A DNA stretch of 63,940 bases, filler included, from Welwitschia mirabilis (taxonomy: Eukaryota): assembly GCA_051453625.1 (NCBI GenBank). It is 7 parts of one record of this genome, joined end to end, with 100 filler letters (N's around TTAATTAATTAA, not from the genome) between each part and the next. Parts side by side here need not be neighbours in the genome. Positions count along the whole stretch, not along the records: positions 22,945 to 28,319 come from JBOZIK010000001.1; positions 28,420 to 49,594 come from JBOZIK010000001.1; 5 more parts are not named here. One strand, written 5' to 3'. The notes under the pieces are model-generated. The model saw only the letters and a program-made list of their open reading frames with translations. It was not told the origin of the DNA and searched no databases. Shown here piece after piece: positions 24,524-38,038 of the stretch; the first letter of the stretch is position 1, and the number at the start of each line of letters is the position of its first letter. A program made the position numbers and the translations under genes.

Positions 24524-26100
24524 CCTTTCTTCCATTCATCTATTGCACCAAGTCCCTGTAGAAATCCTCCCCTATTTCTCTCGATGTTTCCTCCCCTTCA
24601 AAAATGGAAATCATAAAAAGATCTCCTCTTTCATCAAAAAATGACAAATTTCAACATTTTTCCCAATAGGCCAGGAAGCTAATAGATCTCCCTCTATTGT
24701 TGATTCCACTAGGCTTTAACCATTAAAAGGTAGCAGAAGCAGAAGTAGAGGAGAAAGGCAGTGGCCATGGCTCGATTTAGATCTCTGAGGAAGTCTTGTT
24801 ATTTTGTTTTTTTTCTAGGAANNNNNNNNNNNNNNNNNNNNNNNNNNNNNNNNNNNNNNNNNNNNNNNNNNNNNNNNNNNNNNNNNNNNNNNNNNNNNNN
24901 NNNNNNNNNNNNNNNNNNNNNNNNNNNNNNNNNNNNNNNNNNNNNNNNNNNNNNNNNNNNNNNNNNNNNNNNNNNNNNNNNNNNNNNNNNNNNNNNNNNN
25001 NNNNNNNNNNNNNNNNNNNNNNNNNNNNNNNNNNNNNNNNNNNNNNNNNNNNNNNNNNNNNNNNNNNNNNNNNNNNNNNNNNNNNNNNNNNNNNNNNNNN
25101 NNNNNNNNNNNNNNNNNNNNNNNNNNNNNNNNNNNNNNNNNNNNNNNNNNNNNNNNNNNNNNNNNNNNNNNNNNNNNNNNNNNNNNNNNNNNNNNNNNNN
25201 NNNNNNNNNNNNNNNNNNNNNNNNNNNNNNNNNNNNNNNNNNNNNNNNNNNNNNNNNNNNNNNNNNNNNNNNNNNNNNNNNNNNNNNNNNNNNNNNNNNN
25301 NNNNNNNNNNNNNNNNNNNNNNNNNNNNNNNNNNNNNNNNNNAAAAGTGGATGAAGTTGAATAGTTCTCTCATTTCTTTGGACTAGAGGTGAACTTTGCC
25401 TTAGTATTTTCTAATAGAACTATAAAGTAATTTTCAAAGCTAAGAGCAAACTTAGGGTAGAGGTTGATGACTTGACATTGTAGTCTTACTAGGATGAGAA
25501 AGATAATTAAACCCAACATAAATGGTTGCAGAATCTATTACAGGGATGGACATGCTTACTATGTTTTCAAGAACCTAAAAAGATTCACATTCGATTATCA
25601 AAACTGATTCTTATGATGAGATTTTCACTTAAATGCTAATGCAAATTTTTGAGAAATTACCTTCAAAGACACTAATGTTGGCTAGTGGAAAGTACCAGCC
25701 AAGGATATGAGAGTCATCTCTGATGTCAAATAGGATTTCTGTTAAATTTTTCTATGATGATAGCAATTCAAGGATCATTGTCTGCCACTTTTAGCATATC
25801 AAATCATGCTTATTTTTAATTTATTTTAATGATGATAATCTATGATAAAACGAAGGTTCTTTATAAACCATATTTAAGGGCTTTAGAGGAGAAATGATAC
25901 AACATAGTGATTATTTAATTGAGTGACTCCTCTTTTAAATGACTCTCCTTGTTTCCATTTCTTATGTTCTTGCTCTTATTATTAGAGTTATAAAAGCAAC
26001 TAAAGCAGAAATAGATGACACAGAGGGCGTCAAATAAAAATTTACATTTTTCAAAGCATCTATTTCCAAACCAATTCCTCTGTGTTCCTATTATTATAAG
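24524..26100 (+). repeat. 3' LTR, right part (homologous to ~6164-7180)
   Basis: Shared blocks such as ATGATGATAGCAATTCAA and CCACTTTTAGCATATCAAATCATGCTTATTTT, in the same order as in the 5' LTR. Includes a ~520-nt N gap. Confidence 0.85.
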
Positions 26101-26105
26101 CTTTT

Positions 26106-28319
26106 TGTTAAGATGTGGCTCAAATCTGAGCATACATATCTATGTACTTCATGTATGATGTGGCATCTAAGCCCCTTGGATTATCATCCAAGCCCATAGT
26201 TTCTTACTCAAAACGTTGGACATATTGTGCTATATATATGAAGCAGCCTTAGCTTTCAAAGATTAAGGGATGCAAAAATATTTTGCTAAGCTTCCATCTT
26301 ATCAAGTGGTATCAGAGAACTTGTTTGATCTTGTCTTCTGTGCTACCGTCGCTACCCCTTCTCTGTGCTATTATGCTGGCTTTTACTCCTGCATCTCCAT
26401 GCAGCACCGTGTCTTCGCTTCGTCTCTGTTCTAGCTGCCTCATCACTACGTTGTCACCTCCTATCAGTGCGATTATTATGCATTCGTGGTGCTTCCATGC
26501 CTTTAACATTTTCTTGCACCTCTCAGCATGTCCTTTCGTATGCTTCTCGGCATGTTTCCATCCAAACGCTGACATCTATGTGCTTTCTAATCTGTTCAGT
26601 GCCTTTCTCAGCCTACTCTTTGCTTTTAGAAGCATTGTGCCATTTGGATCTAATCTTGGCATCTTTGCCCTTCCTCCATTGTCGCTTCTTCAAAGTGTCC
26701 ACTGTTATTCCTGCTACACGTTATTCAATAGACCTACCTCTCATTTTTTGCCTCGTGTTTATACTCTATGCATAACATTGTCAATGCACTTAGTAACATT
26801 AATCCGAGAAATCATAGAGTCTGAGTGGTTTTGCAGCTAAAACTCCGTCTACATCTTTATCCCTATATGTATCTCTGTTCAAACGTTCTTTAGTTTTTAA
26901 ACTGCCTCTGCATTAAAGCTCACCTGTCTGGCTCATACATAATAGCGTTTTTGAGCAATGCATAATTTGCTAGACAATGCCTGCTTGTAAGCTGGTTGCT
27001 AGTCACCCTTTACTATGTGGAGACTGCTGATCCCTGCATTCTTAGTCAGCGCCTGTTTCTTCACATAACAACTATTTGTTTTTTTTTGCTTTACTTTCGC
27101 AGTGCTTAGTATCTTAACCTCTTATCAAGTGCCTTCTTACATAGTTTTTTTTGGAGTTGTTTCTTAGATGTGGTGCCTTTTTTTTCTTTTTTCTAGTAAT
27201 ACTATTGTTTACTATAGTATTACTTATTTACAAATAATATTGGCCTTTATTTACAAAGCTCACAGATCAATTATTTATGTATTATTAGGTTAGGATGCCT
27301 TATAACAGAGTTGGGGAACTAAGCACACCTCTACTGTGTTGGTTTTTTTTTTTTTTTGTTTTTTTTTGTTATTCTTATTTGGACACCTAGAGTCTATGTT
27401 AGTTTTCATAACTCCTCTATTTTAGGATGGCCACCGTGACAAAGTTTGACATTGAAAAATTCGATGGTAAACTGAGTTTTTCTATTTAGCATGTTTAGAT
27501 AAGGGTCGTTCTCACTCAAAATGGCTTGAAGAAGGCCTTAGATGAAAAAGCAAAAAAACTCAATGCCATGTCCGATGAGCAATGGAAAGAGTTAGACGAA
27601 AAGGCCTTAACAACAATCCAATTATGTTTATCCAAGGAGGTCCTCTATGAGGTCATCAGTGGGATCACTGTTACTAGTTTATGGCTGAAACTGGAAGCAC
27701 TGTACATGACGAAGAGAGTTGCCAACAAGCTTCGACTCAAGGAACATTTGTTCACCATTCACATGTCTGAAGATACTCTTGTTCAAGCACATCTAAATAA
27801 TTTTAATTTAATTATAATGGATCTTGAAAATCTTGATGTGCATATTGAAGATGAAGATAAAGCTATGTTATTAATTGTCTCTCTACCTCCTTCCTATAGG
27901 CATTTTAAAGAAATTATATTGTATGGTGGTCTAGATACCTTATCTTTTGAAGATGTTAAAGCCCATCTTTTGTTCAAAGAAAAGTTTGATTCAGAGTTTT
28001 ACTCTAAAGACAAGGATGAAGGTCTAATAATTAGAGGTCTAAGTCATGATCATGTACATACTAAGAACTATAGTAAGTCCAAGTTAAAGTCAAGAGGACG
28101 TAAGTCCAATAGTAAAACCTGTCGGTATTGTAAAAAACTTGGACATGAGCTTCCTGAATGTTATAAATTAAAAAATAAACAGGACAGGAAAGTAAATAGG
28201 AAATAACCTCATCAGTTCACAGAGGCAAGCATAATTGAAACTAATACTAAAGGTGATGTATTATTATCTCAGTCTTCTACTGATGATAGATGTTCATCGG
28301 ATTGGATTCTTGATTCAGG
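26106..28319 (+). mobile_element. 5' portion of a Tnt1/Tork-like Ty1/copia element (short ~200-bp LTR, PBS, long leader, gag, start of protease)
   Basis: TGTTAAG...CTTATCA (26106-26304), PBS TGGTATCAGAG (26307-26317), gag and DWILDSG just before the linker gap. Confidence 0.85.
27427..28319 (+). pseudogene. Copia Gag (UBN2-type, CCHC knuckle) and start of aspartic protease
   Basis: MATVTKFDIEKFDGKLSF.. with two early stops, a 226-aa open stretch (DEKALTTIQLCLS, IEDEDKAMLLIVSLPPSY, CRYCKKLGHELPEC), then WILDSG. Confidence 0.9.
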
Positions 28320-29479
28320 NNNNNNNNNNNNNNNNNNNNNNNNNNNNNNNNNNNNNNNNNNNNTTAATTAATTAANNNNNNNNNNNNNNNNNNNNNNNNN
28401 NNNNNNNNNNNNNNNNNNNATTTTCCTTCAAACTGAAGTTCATATATGTGTAAATGTCTTAAGATTGGGTGAATCCAATCTTACCACTATAAAATTTCTA
28501 AGTCAAAAGACTAGTCATGGAAATAAATATATAAGTCATGTTTGAAAGATAATCAAACAATGTCATAATAGTCTTTAAAGGAAAATGCTAAGAGAAAATT
28601 TAGAAGGTTGCTCATATATTTCCAACCTTTTCTTGTTAACTTTCTAAATTTCTTTAGTGGTCAAGTTAGAATTTCAACAAAGCCATTAGAATGTACTTTC
28701 TCATAAGGTAAGGACCTAAACATAGAATTTATTACTTAAAAACCAAAGTTAAAAATCATAAAAATATAAAAGCAAAAAGAAAACACCAAAGCAAGTAAAT
28801 GTTATTCAAATCCTAAAATCTATTTAATATTTTTATTGAAAAAAAAAAGGAAATAATTTTTTTTAATTGCATTCTTTTAGAGAAATAAGGCCCAAACCAA
28901 ATGTTTACCAATTGATAAAACATAAAACGTATACTATTATTTTTAAGTAAAATCAATTGGAGGAAGAGAGAGATATCAAATAAAATTTTATAAAAACTTG
29001 AAAGCACATGAATTTTGAAAGTCAAAAAGGAGATTAATGTTGATTCTAGTAAAATATTTTCATTGATTATAAGAGTTTTTTTTAATTATTATAAAGAAAA
29101 ATATGTTCTAGTTTGCTAGGAAGGTTTTTCAAATTTAAATTCAAATTAAGATTTTGATTTCTAGTCCATATAGCAGACAATATCCCCTAAGGTGTAAGTT
29201 TTTATTTTATCAGTTGGAATTAATTATAATCTAAGAGTTTTTTTTTCTCTTTTTCATTTTCATCTAAAAAGTCATGCTCAAAGTTGAATGTATTAATGGC
29301 TTCTAAATTTTTAATCTTAAGTAGATAAACATCAAGTGTAGGCTCATATAATATCGATCCTATTTCTTTAAGGGAATGATGTTGAAGAAACAAAGTTGAT
29401 TTGATTTTGCTTTATATGTCCATTTCATTAATTAAGTCTTTTTAAATTACATGAAAAACTCTAATGATAAATGTTTTAT

Positions 29480-32125
29480 TTCCTAGGTAATGCTTCATCA
29501 TTTCAGTCCTAGTATCAATAATGTAGTGGGCCGTTGCATAAAAGATTTATCCTAGAAGTAATGGGTATCCTCTGTTGTATTCGACCTTTATGATAATTAC
29601 ATCTATTGGGTAGGAAGCCTCTTTAATTTAGATCACTAAATCTTTAACGATCCTTAAGGGTTTCTTAACTTAAGTGTTTACTAACTTTAAGAGAATCTGA
29701 GTAGGCTCTATTCTACCTTCTAAGCCAAGTATCTTACAAATTTGTAATGGCATGATATTAACTCTCACTCGAATGTCTATTAAAGCTTTCATAATCTTTT
29801 TATTTTTCTCTAATATGACATTCACCATTGATACCCCTGAATCTTTAAATTTTGAAGATTTTTATAACACTAAATTCATAAGGGACTGAGGTAAAAAGAC
29901 TTTTCTAGGAATAACTTATTTTTGTTTTCTTCTCATTAAATCTTTTCCATAGCTTTGAGTACCCTGGATTTTGTTGTAAAAGTTTTTAAAATGGTAAGTT
30001 TATGCTCATATTTTTTTATTAAGGCTTTAAGATGTTCATTAAAATATAAATTAGTGTTAAACCTATCAAGCCAAGGGGTAGTTAGTTACTTTTCTAATTT
30101 GTGAATTTTTCTTTTTATTTTTTACTAAGAAAAGGAAAGTTATAATCTTCTGATATTTCAATGTCTTCTTCTATAATCTTCTGATATTTCAATGTCTTCT
30201 TCTTCCTTATCATTTCTAGTGTCATTTTTGAAGAGTGAATTACTATAAAAAAAAACTATTTATATGTGGAAGCCTANNNNNNNNNNNNNNNNNNNNNNNN
30301 NNNNNNNNNNNNNNNNNNNNNNNNNNNNNNNNNNNNNNNNNNNNNNNNNNNNNNNNNNNNNNNNNNNNNNNNNNNNNNNNNNNNNNNNNNNNNNNNNNNN
30401 NNNNNNNNNNNNNNNNNNNNNNNNNNNNNNNNNNNNNNNNNNNNNNNNNNNNNNNNNNNNNNNNNNNNNNNNNNNNNNNNNNNNNNNNNNNNNNNNNNNN
30501 NNNNNNNNNNNNNNNNNNNNNNNNNNNNNNNNNNNNNNNNNNNNNNNNNNNNNNNNNNNNNNNNNNNNNNNNNNNNNNNNNNNNNNNNNNNNNNNNNNNN
30601 NNNNNNNNTACTATAAAAAAAAACTATTTATATGTGGAAGCCTATTTCTCATTTGGTTGTTATTGAAAATTTATTACTTCCTTTTTTCTTTTTCTAATGG
30701 TTTCTTTACTCATGAATCTTTTAATGAAAGACTCCGGGACTTGATCCCAAATTTTTAAAATTTTGTGGGATATAGTTTTAAACCAATTTTTATCTCTTTC
30801 TTTTAATGTCATGGAAAAGATTACCATGTATGTTCTATCACTAATCCTCTTCTTTCTATTTTAGGAGGTAATAATTAATTATTCTATGTCCATAATGTAT
30901 TGGAGGGGATCCTCATCATATTTACCAATAAATATTGAATAGGTATTTAGGTTCTTTAGCTCAACATCATTTCTAGGGGTAGAATAAAAGAAGTTTGAAT
31001 CTCTCATTTCTATTTGCTAGTAATTCTCTCAGAGTAAGGTTTGCATTAGGACTAGGAGTTTAAAAACCTACAACTTACTTTTATTTTGGGCAATGCTTGA
31101 CATTGCAAATTATTTTCTTCTATAGGATTTTCTTTAGTGGATTCTAATTTAGAAAGAATAAATTTAGAAGGAAGATCATATGCAGTTGGAAATTGTTTTT
31201 CCGATTCATTTTTTATGTCTAATAGTCCTTTTCTAATGTTTTTTTAATCAGTAGCCTTTCACTTTGACATTTCTTTTCTAAATTAATCATATCACAACAT
31301 CCTACAAATAGACAATAATAAAAAAAATAAAAAACAATAAATTATCATCTTAATTGTCATGAAGATGATAGAAGGGATGACACACATAAAAAAGTAAAAA
31401 ATAAAAGTATAATAAAATAAAAATCAAAAGTTTAAAAAAACACATAGACTATTATCTTCTAAATCATCCAGATGATAAAGGAGATGATAAGGATTAATTA
31501 TTATTATGCTAATAGAAAACCAAAATGTAAAAGCAAAAACTAAAATCATAATCTGTCATCCTATCTATCTTGGGGATGACAGAGTGGATGATGGTTATTT
31601 TACTATGCAAATCTAAACTGAAAAATTACAAATAGAAAACAAAACTATGATTCCTAATTAAAATACAATATTGCCATAGATAAATAACTGAATAAAATCT
31701 GCTATACTTACCTGAATAAGGATAATCCTCATGCTCCTCAGTAGCCTTCCTTGGTAATAACACTAATTTATTACAGTGTATATTTTTTTATACACACACT
31801 AGTATGAATGGGAGTAATCCAAATGTTGTATATCATTAAAGACTTATGAGAGGAGAATAAGAATGGATTTTTACAAATAATATCGTAATCGAAAATAAAT
31901 AATAATGCAGGAAATAAAGATGAAATGAAAATGCAAATGCAACTAAATCTAAATGCAATGCAAAATAAAACTAAACTACTTTCTTTTAGCCTTAATAATG
32001 GATTTTCTTAAGATCTATATCACCAATGAAATTGTCACCAAATCAAGGGCAATATAAACCATAAGGAAAATCTAACAAAATAATATGCATGAATGAAAAT
32101 AAAATTTTATTTTAAAAAGGAACCA
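29480..32125 (-). mobile_element. Degenerate Athila-like Ty3/gypsy 5' region (LTR end, PBS, gag/protease remnants)
   Basis: Minus-strand KDSGVSMVNVIL, DIRVRVNIMPLQICKILG, IEPTQILLKLVN and PLLLG*IFYATAHYIID match the Athila protease region (KDPGSF.., DLGASVNLMP.., PLILGRPFLATA). Decayed PBS TTAGTGTTATTACCAAGGA at ~31748-31767. The LTR part 31770-32125 is the reverse complement of ~51190-51500. Confidence 0.7.
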
Positions 32126-32448
32126 ACTAATAGGATTGAGAACCCTAGATGGGGGTGAATAGGATTTTTTAAAAATATACAACACTATATTCTAAATGAA
32201 TTCAATATTAAAACAAAAAGACTTGCACATAGTAATTAACTAATTCAAAATGTACATAAAACAGTAAAATAACCGAAGTAAAGAAATAATAACTAGAAGC
32301 ACAAAAGCACCAAATGGATGCACGTAGGGTTTATAGTGGTTCAGAAACTCCCCTACTTCACTCTCGACAATCATCTTATCCCCAAGCTAGATCCAAATCT
32401 TCGTTACTCTACTAGGTATTCCAAGTTTACCTGTAACCTTTATAAATA

Positions 32449-32576
32449 GACTTTTTTAGGCTTAGTCTTAACTTTTAAGTGGACTTTTCAAGGCTTAGTC
32501 TTAACCTTTGAATAGAATTTTCAAGGCTTAGTATTAACCTTTGAGCAAACTTTTCAAGGCTTAGTCTCAACCTTTC
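32449..32576. repeat. ~33-35-bp tandem array inside the SIRE LTR (also at ~38428-38556 and, inverted, at ~46377-46470)
   Basis: Four copies of (G)ACTTTTCAAGGCTTAGTCT(C/T)AACCTTT. Confidence 0.85.
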
Positions 32577-34477
32577 ATAACATAAAGTAGTGATGTAATG
32601 ATGCTAAATATGCATAGATATCACTCATTCTTGATGTAGTGGAGCTTTTCTCCTATAGATGTAAAATAGATGAAGCATAAGATCTAACCTTGAATGTAGA
32701 GATGATACAGATGATAGATCTTCCCTAGTCAAAAGTACAAATGTCAAGATACAATAATGAATATTACAAGATTACAGTTCTCATTCCTTAGATCTAACAG
32801 ATTAACATAACTAAAAATGATTACAAAGGATTCTATAGTTATCTATCTCTTAGCTATTTATATTAAAAGGCTTTTAGGATTTATTACATTTGAGATGCAC
32901 TTCTAGAAAATAACCACCTAATGGCTACATAGCAGATACATAATGACTAGAAAATTTTACTTCTATTTCATCCGATCGACTCCTCAGAAGTCTGGTCAAC
33001 CTCATCTAGTGTCTTGACTTACATCGGTCACCTGAGTGAGAATTTTAGTTGCCTGAATTTCTTATGGCTTCATCTTTGGTTGAATCCATCTAGNNNNNNN
33101 NNNNNNNNNNNNNNNNNNNNNNNNNNNNNNNNNNNNNNNNNNNNNNNNNNNNNNNNNNNNNNNNNNNNNNNNNNNNNNNNNNNNNNNNNNNNNTCTTGAC
33201 TTACATAGGTCACCTGAGTGAGAATTTTAGTTGCCTTAATTTCTTATGGCTTCATATTTGGTTGAATCCATCTAGATTCAGTCGACCCTAGTCCAGTCGC
33301 CTATAACAAAATCTAGTTACTTTCTTATCCTAATAAAATTTATTTTAGTTTCTAGCATCAGGTCCAATCGACCCCTTCAGGTGTCTAGTCGACCCCATGA
33401 TGATCAGCTTAGAAGTATCAATTGCACACTACTTAGGTTTGGTTGACCCCATCATACGTCCAGTCGAATCCTTGATAATCAGTTTAGGAGTACTATTCCT
33501 TGGTTCACACATCCGATTAACCCCATCATGGGTCTAGTCGACCCCTTGTCATTTATTCCAAGGATACTATTTATCAGGTCCTCAACTCCGATCGATTCCA
33601 TAAGGATTTAACTAACCTCTTACCATTTGGTTTAGGGAAACTAGTTCTCAAGGTTACAGATTCGGTTGATCCCATCAAAAATTTGGTCGACCCCTTTAGA
33701 TGTAGTTCATTTAGTCTGTCTGCTTTATGTGTGGTTAACCCCTTAAGAGAGTATAAAAACTAATAAGTTTCTAGTGTTAGAATTCAATGGTTTTGGTTTC
33801 TTCTTTCAACCTATAAGTAATTAACATCTTTTACACAAAATACATAAAATTTGCTATACAGAAACCATTAGTATGACATCAATTAGTAAAACATATTTTA
33901 ATAATTACCTCCTTTGATATTAATGGCAAACAATACTTAGTTGTAAAGATTTAGGATTTAAAAAAACTCCCTATTACAAAATGCCTATTACAAAGTAATA
34001 CACTTTTTGAAATAAGTTAAGACATTTTAAACAATCAAATTTTATGCTTGGAATGGAAGAAATTTAATATGCACATTTGAAAGGTTAAAGGCACAACTTG
34101 ATAAAAAGCATAATGTAATCATGTAAATCATTTAATACTTTAATCAGATATCACATATTAGAATTTAGTTCCAACATTAAAAGACTTTAAATTTTTTAAG
34201 TTAAACATATATGATACCAATAGAGAAATATTTTAAGCAGGTATGATTTGCATAAGCACAAAGAGATTTGAGATACTAATCGAAAACAATTTAGAGCATA
34301 ATAAAAATGTGCATATGGATTTTACTAAAAATATGCAAAAAATTACAAACTAAAAGTGCTCATCAAGAGCATACATCTGAAAGAACATGAAAAATACTAA
34401 ATAACTAATTCTCCCCATTTTGACATCAATGACAAAGAAGAGATTACAATAACAAAGCAAAACATAATTTGAAAATT

Positions 34478-35413
34478 CTAATCAGACTCCTCCTCCTCCT
34501 CCTCCTCTTCTTCTTCTTCTTTAGAATCTTTCTTTGAATCTTCTTTCTCACCTCCTTTGTATAATGAGTTGGTGGCCTCTGCTAAGGTATCAGCAATATC
34601 ATATCTAGCTGCTATGAGTTCTTTCTTCATGTGTCTGGTATGGGAATTAATCCATCTCAGATATAAAAGAGTCTCATCAGAAGAGGCTTTTCTTGGAGAG
34701 GAAGAATTTAAGGATTTCTTAGAGGGGATAAAGATATAAAGATATACATATGGGATAAGGTTGCATACCCAATGGGTGTTATAGTCTAGAGTATTTCTAG
34801 TTTCGAATGAAAAATAACATGAAAATGACAACACAAGCTTGTGATAAGCACAGAGTAGGGTAATGCCCTATTCCTATGGTACTTTAGCTGTGAGAACACA
34901 TTCTTCAGTATAATGATAGGAGCATTAATAGAATGCTCAGTCCTTACTAAATACATTAGATAGGCTTTATGGTAGGAGGCCTCATCATGATGCCACCTAA
35001 AGGTAAGAAGTTATAGGTGAAAATCAAGTGAAGAAAATGATATTTTGGTGTTAGTAATGAAGTAGAAAGGGTGTGCTTCCAAGAGTGCACCTTACCACAG
35101 ATTACCCTAGTAATAGTAGGCTTATCTTTTATAGTGTCTCAAAGTGGTCAAAACTCTTCATAGTCACCACTAAGAAGATTAGTCAACTTAGAAATGAGAT
35201 TTTCTATTACTCTTAGTTGCTTTTCCAAAATGAGGTTTTTAAGGGTTCTAGAGCCATGATCATAAGAAGCATTACAGCAAAACATACTAGTGAGAAATGG
35301 ATAAGGAGACCCAGAAACATCTAAAAAGTAATAAAGATCCTGATTTCTTAGAAGCTGAATGACTTCCCTAAGCTCTCTAAGCTCTGATGTTGCTACAAAC
35401 CGCTCTTAGCACA
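34478..35413 (-). pseudogene. Env-like / extra ORF of the SIRE-like element, disrupted, ending in a poly-Glu tail
   Basis: Lies between pol and the multi-PPT/3' LTR. Translation HFLHLIFTYNFLPLGG/HDEASYHKAYLMYLVRTEHSINAPIIILKNV, and a C-terminal coiled-coil-like stretch plus EEEEEEEEEESD. Confidence 0.65.
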
Positions 35414-36191
35414 NNNNNNNNNNNNNNNNNNNNNNNNNNNNNNNNNNNNNNNNNNNNNNNNNNNNNNNNNNNNNNNNNNNNNNNNNNNNNNNNNNNNNNN
35501 NNNNNNNNNNNNNNNNNNNNNNNNNNNNNNNNNNNNNNNNNNNNNNNNNNNNNNNNNNNNNNNNNNNNNNNNNNNNNNNNNNNNNNNNNNNNNNNNNNNN
35601 NNNNNNNNNNNNNNNNNNNNNNNNNNNNNNNNNNNNNNNNNNNNNNNNNNNNNNNNNNNNNNNNNNNNNNNNNNNNNNNNNNNNNNNNNNNNNNNNNNNN
35701 NNNNNNNNNNNNNNNNNNNNNNNNNNNNNNNNNNNNNNNNNNNNNNNNNNNNNNNNNNNNNNNNNNNNNNNNNNNNNNNNNNNNNNNNNNNNNNNNNNNN
35801 NNNNNNNNNNNNNNNNNNNNNNNNNNNNNNNNNNNNNNNNNNNNNNNNNNNNNNNNNNNNNNNNNNNNNNNNNNNNNNNNNNNNNNNNNNNNNNNNNNNN
35901 NNNNNNNNNNNNNNNNNNNNNNNNNNNNNNNNNNNNNNNNNNNNNNNNNNNNNNNNNNNNNNNNNNNNNNNNNNNNNNNNNNNNNNNNNNNNNNNNNNNN
36001 NNNNNNNNNNNNNNNNNNNNNNNNNNNNNNNNNNNNNNNNNNNNNNNNNNNNNNNNNNNNNNNNNNNNNNNNNNNNNNNNNNNNNNNNNNNNNNNNNNNN
36101 NNNNNNNNNNNNNNNNNNNNNNNNNNNNNNNNNNNNNNNNNNNNNNNNNNNNNNNNNNNNNNNNNNNNNNNNNNNNNNNNNNNNNNNNNNN

Positions 36192-38038
36192 GAATTAACT
36201 AATACTCAATAAATTATATTTCAAACCATTTACATAAAGCCCATTACTAAGTTTAAGTAACTTACCTCCCTTGATGCATCTTGTACCTTCTATCTTTTCC
36301 TTTTCGTTATTTTCAAAAATGACTTCTCCTCTATTAATAGTCCTTAGGTGATAAAAGCTTAATCGTTTTCCAGACATATGCCTTGAGCATCCACTGTCTA
36401 GATACCAACTATTTGTACTTAATCTTTTGAGAGCTATCTATGTTAGAAAAGTTTTAAGATTATTAGCTTTAACCCGCTTAGTCTTGTTAGGCTTAGGTGG
36501 TAAACTTCTCTTAGGAATAAATTTAAATGATAATATATTTGCAAAATCTGACAAAAGCATTAATTATCTAATTTTACAAAAAGCTTTAAATGACTAAATT
36601 TACCATAAAAGTTATATGAAAGTTTAGAAGCATACTTACTTTTCTAGTTTACCTATTTTTATAATCTTTGTGAAGTAAATCCAATACCTGATTTGTCTCC
36701 AATAGGTTTTCACACTTCAAGAATCTATTCCAATTTAAAAGAATCACCAAAAAATTTATCTACAAAAAAAGAAAAATTAATGTTGTTAGATTTTAGCACA
36801 TTATATTTTATTTTGAATTCCGCCTTCTCTTTGGTGAGAGTCTACACTACTCTGTTTAGATCATTTATCCTCTTAGATAGCTTTTTACATTCATCATATA
36901 ATTCTTAATATGTATCTTCTAACTTATCTATTTCTTTATTGATTATGTTTAAATCATCAGGATCTGATGTGCTAGGAACATCTTTGACGGATGGTAGAAT
37001 AGCCATAAAAGACAACCTTCTGCCTCTATTTGATTCTTGATCTGACTAGCTTTTATCATCATCATCATTGTTTCATGTGCCAATAAAAGAGGGATTTTTC
37101 AATTTCTTCTTATCTTTCCTTATGTTGGGGTACTCATTTGTCATATAACCAAATCCTTTGCATAAGTAGCATTGAATCTCTTTACTATTCTCTTGCTCTT
37201 TCCTATGTTTCAAATGACTCCTTTTTGAATTTCTATTTGATTATTCTTCATTTTTCTTCCTATGAAACTTTTTGAACCATCTGGCTAGAAGAGCCACTTT
37301 ATCATCATTCAAATACTCATGTGATATTTCAGATATATACTCTTCTTGCACACATTTTAAAGTAATACCTTTCTTCTTATCTTTAACAAATTTAAGCTCA
37401 TAGGTATGCAAATTACCTTGTAGTTCTTCTAGTGCAATTTCATTTATGTTTTTACTCTCCTTGATGGCTATGAACTTTGGTTTAAATCTCTTAGGTAGGG
37501 GTCTTAAGACTTTTCTCACCGTCTTTCCTTCATTTAAAAATTCTCCAAAGCTTGCCATAGAGTTTACAATATCAGTGAGTCTAAAAAAGAATTCTTATAA
37601 GGTCTCTTCTTTATTCATATGGATATTTTCAAATTTTGAAATAAGCATCTAAAGTTTTACTTGCTTTATGGTTGAGGTTTCTTTGTGTGCTACTTCAAGA
37701 ATATTTGAATTTTTCTTAGCATGATTACAGTGTACCATGCATTTAAACTCATCTGCATAGACTACACAAAATATGGCATTAAGATCATGAACATCTATAG
37801 TGGTTTTTGACTTGTTGGTGGAGGTCCATTGATCTTAGTCTTTGGGAACTAGAATAGTATTATCATTGACATTAGTTTGAGTTAACATAGGCATAGTGTA
37901 ACCTTTGTAAATAACTTCCTCTATATCAACATTTAAATATCTAAGAAATATTCTCATTCTAGCTTTCTAGTAAGCATAGTTTAACCCATCAAACATAAGT
38001 GGATAACTGATGTAGAAATCATTAGATGAATTACCCAT
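36192..38038 (-). pseudogene. SIRE-like gag-protease, disrupted
   Basis: VRKVLRPLPKRFKPKFIAIKE, LEELQGNLHTYE, zinc knuckle IQCYLCKGFGYMTNE, WYLDSGCSRHM, VNGLKYNLLSIS. Confidence 0.9.

Larger units (their letters stand above)
5133..26100 (+). mobile_element. Ancient full-structure Ty1/copia LTR retrotransposon whose 3' LTR is interrupted by a MULE and by a Tork-like element
   Basis: 5' LTR 5133-7762 (TG...CA), PBS at 7766, gag-PR-IN-RT-RH in copia order, PPT at 12360. The 3' LTR starts at 12371 with sequence homologous to 5133 onward and resumes at 24524-~26100. Confidence 0.8.

Noticed and set aside
26283-26840. 185-aa hydrophobic ORF and overlapping ORFs
   Set aside because: They span the LTR end, PBS and CT-rich leader of the Tork-like element; low-complexity composition explains the open frames.
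30142-30204. Short perfect tandem duplication (~31 bp; similar ones at ~6118-6183 and ~44882-44935)
   Set aside because: Ordinary slippage or repair duplications in dead TE DNA.
32449-32576. ~33-bp repeats as a CRISPR-like array
   Set aside because: The repeats are head-to-tail with no unique spacers, lie inside both LTRs of a plant retrotransposon, and there are no cas genes.
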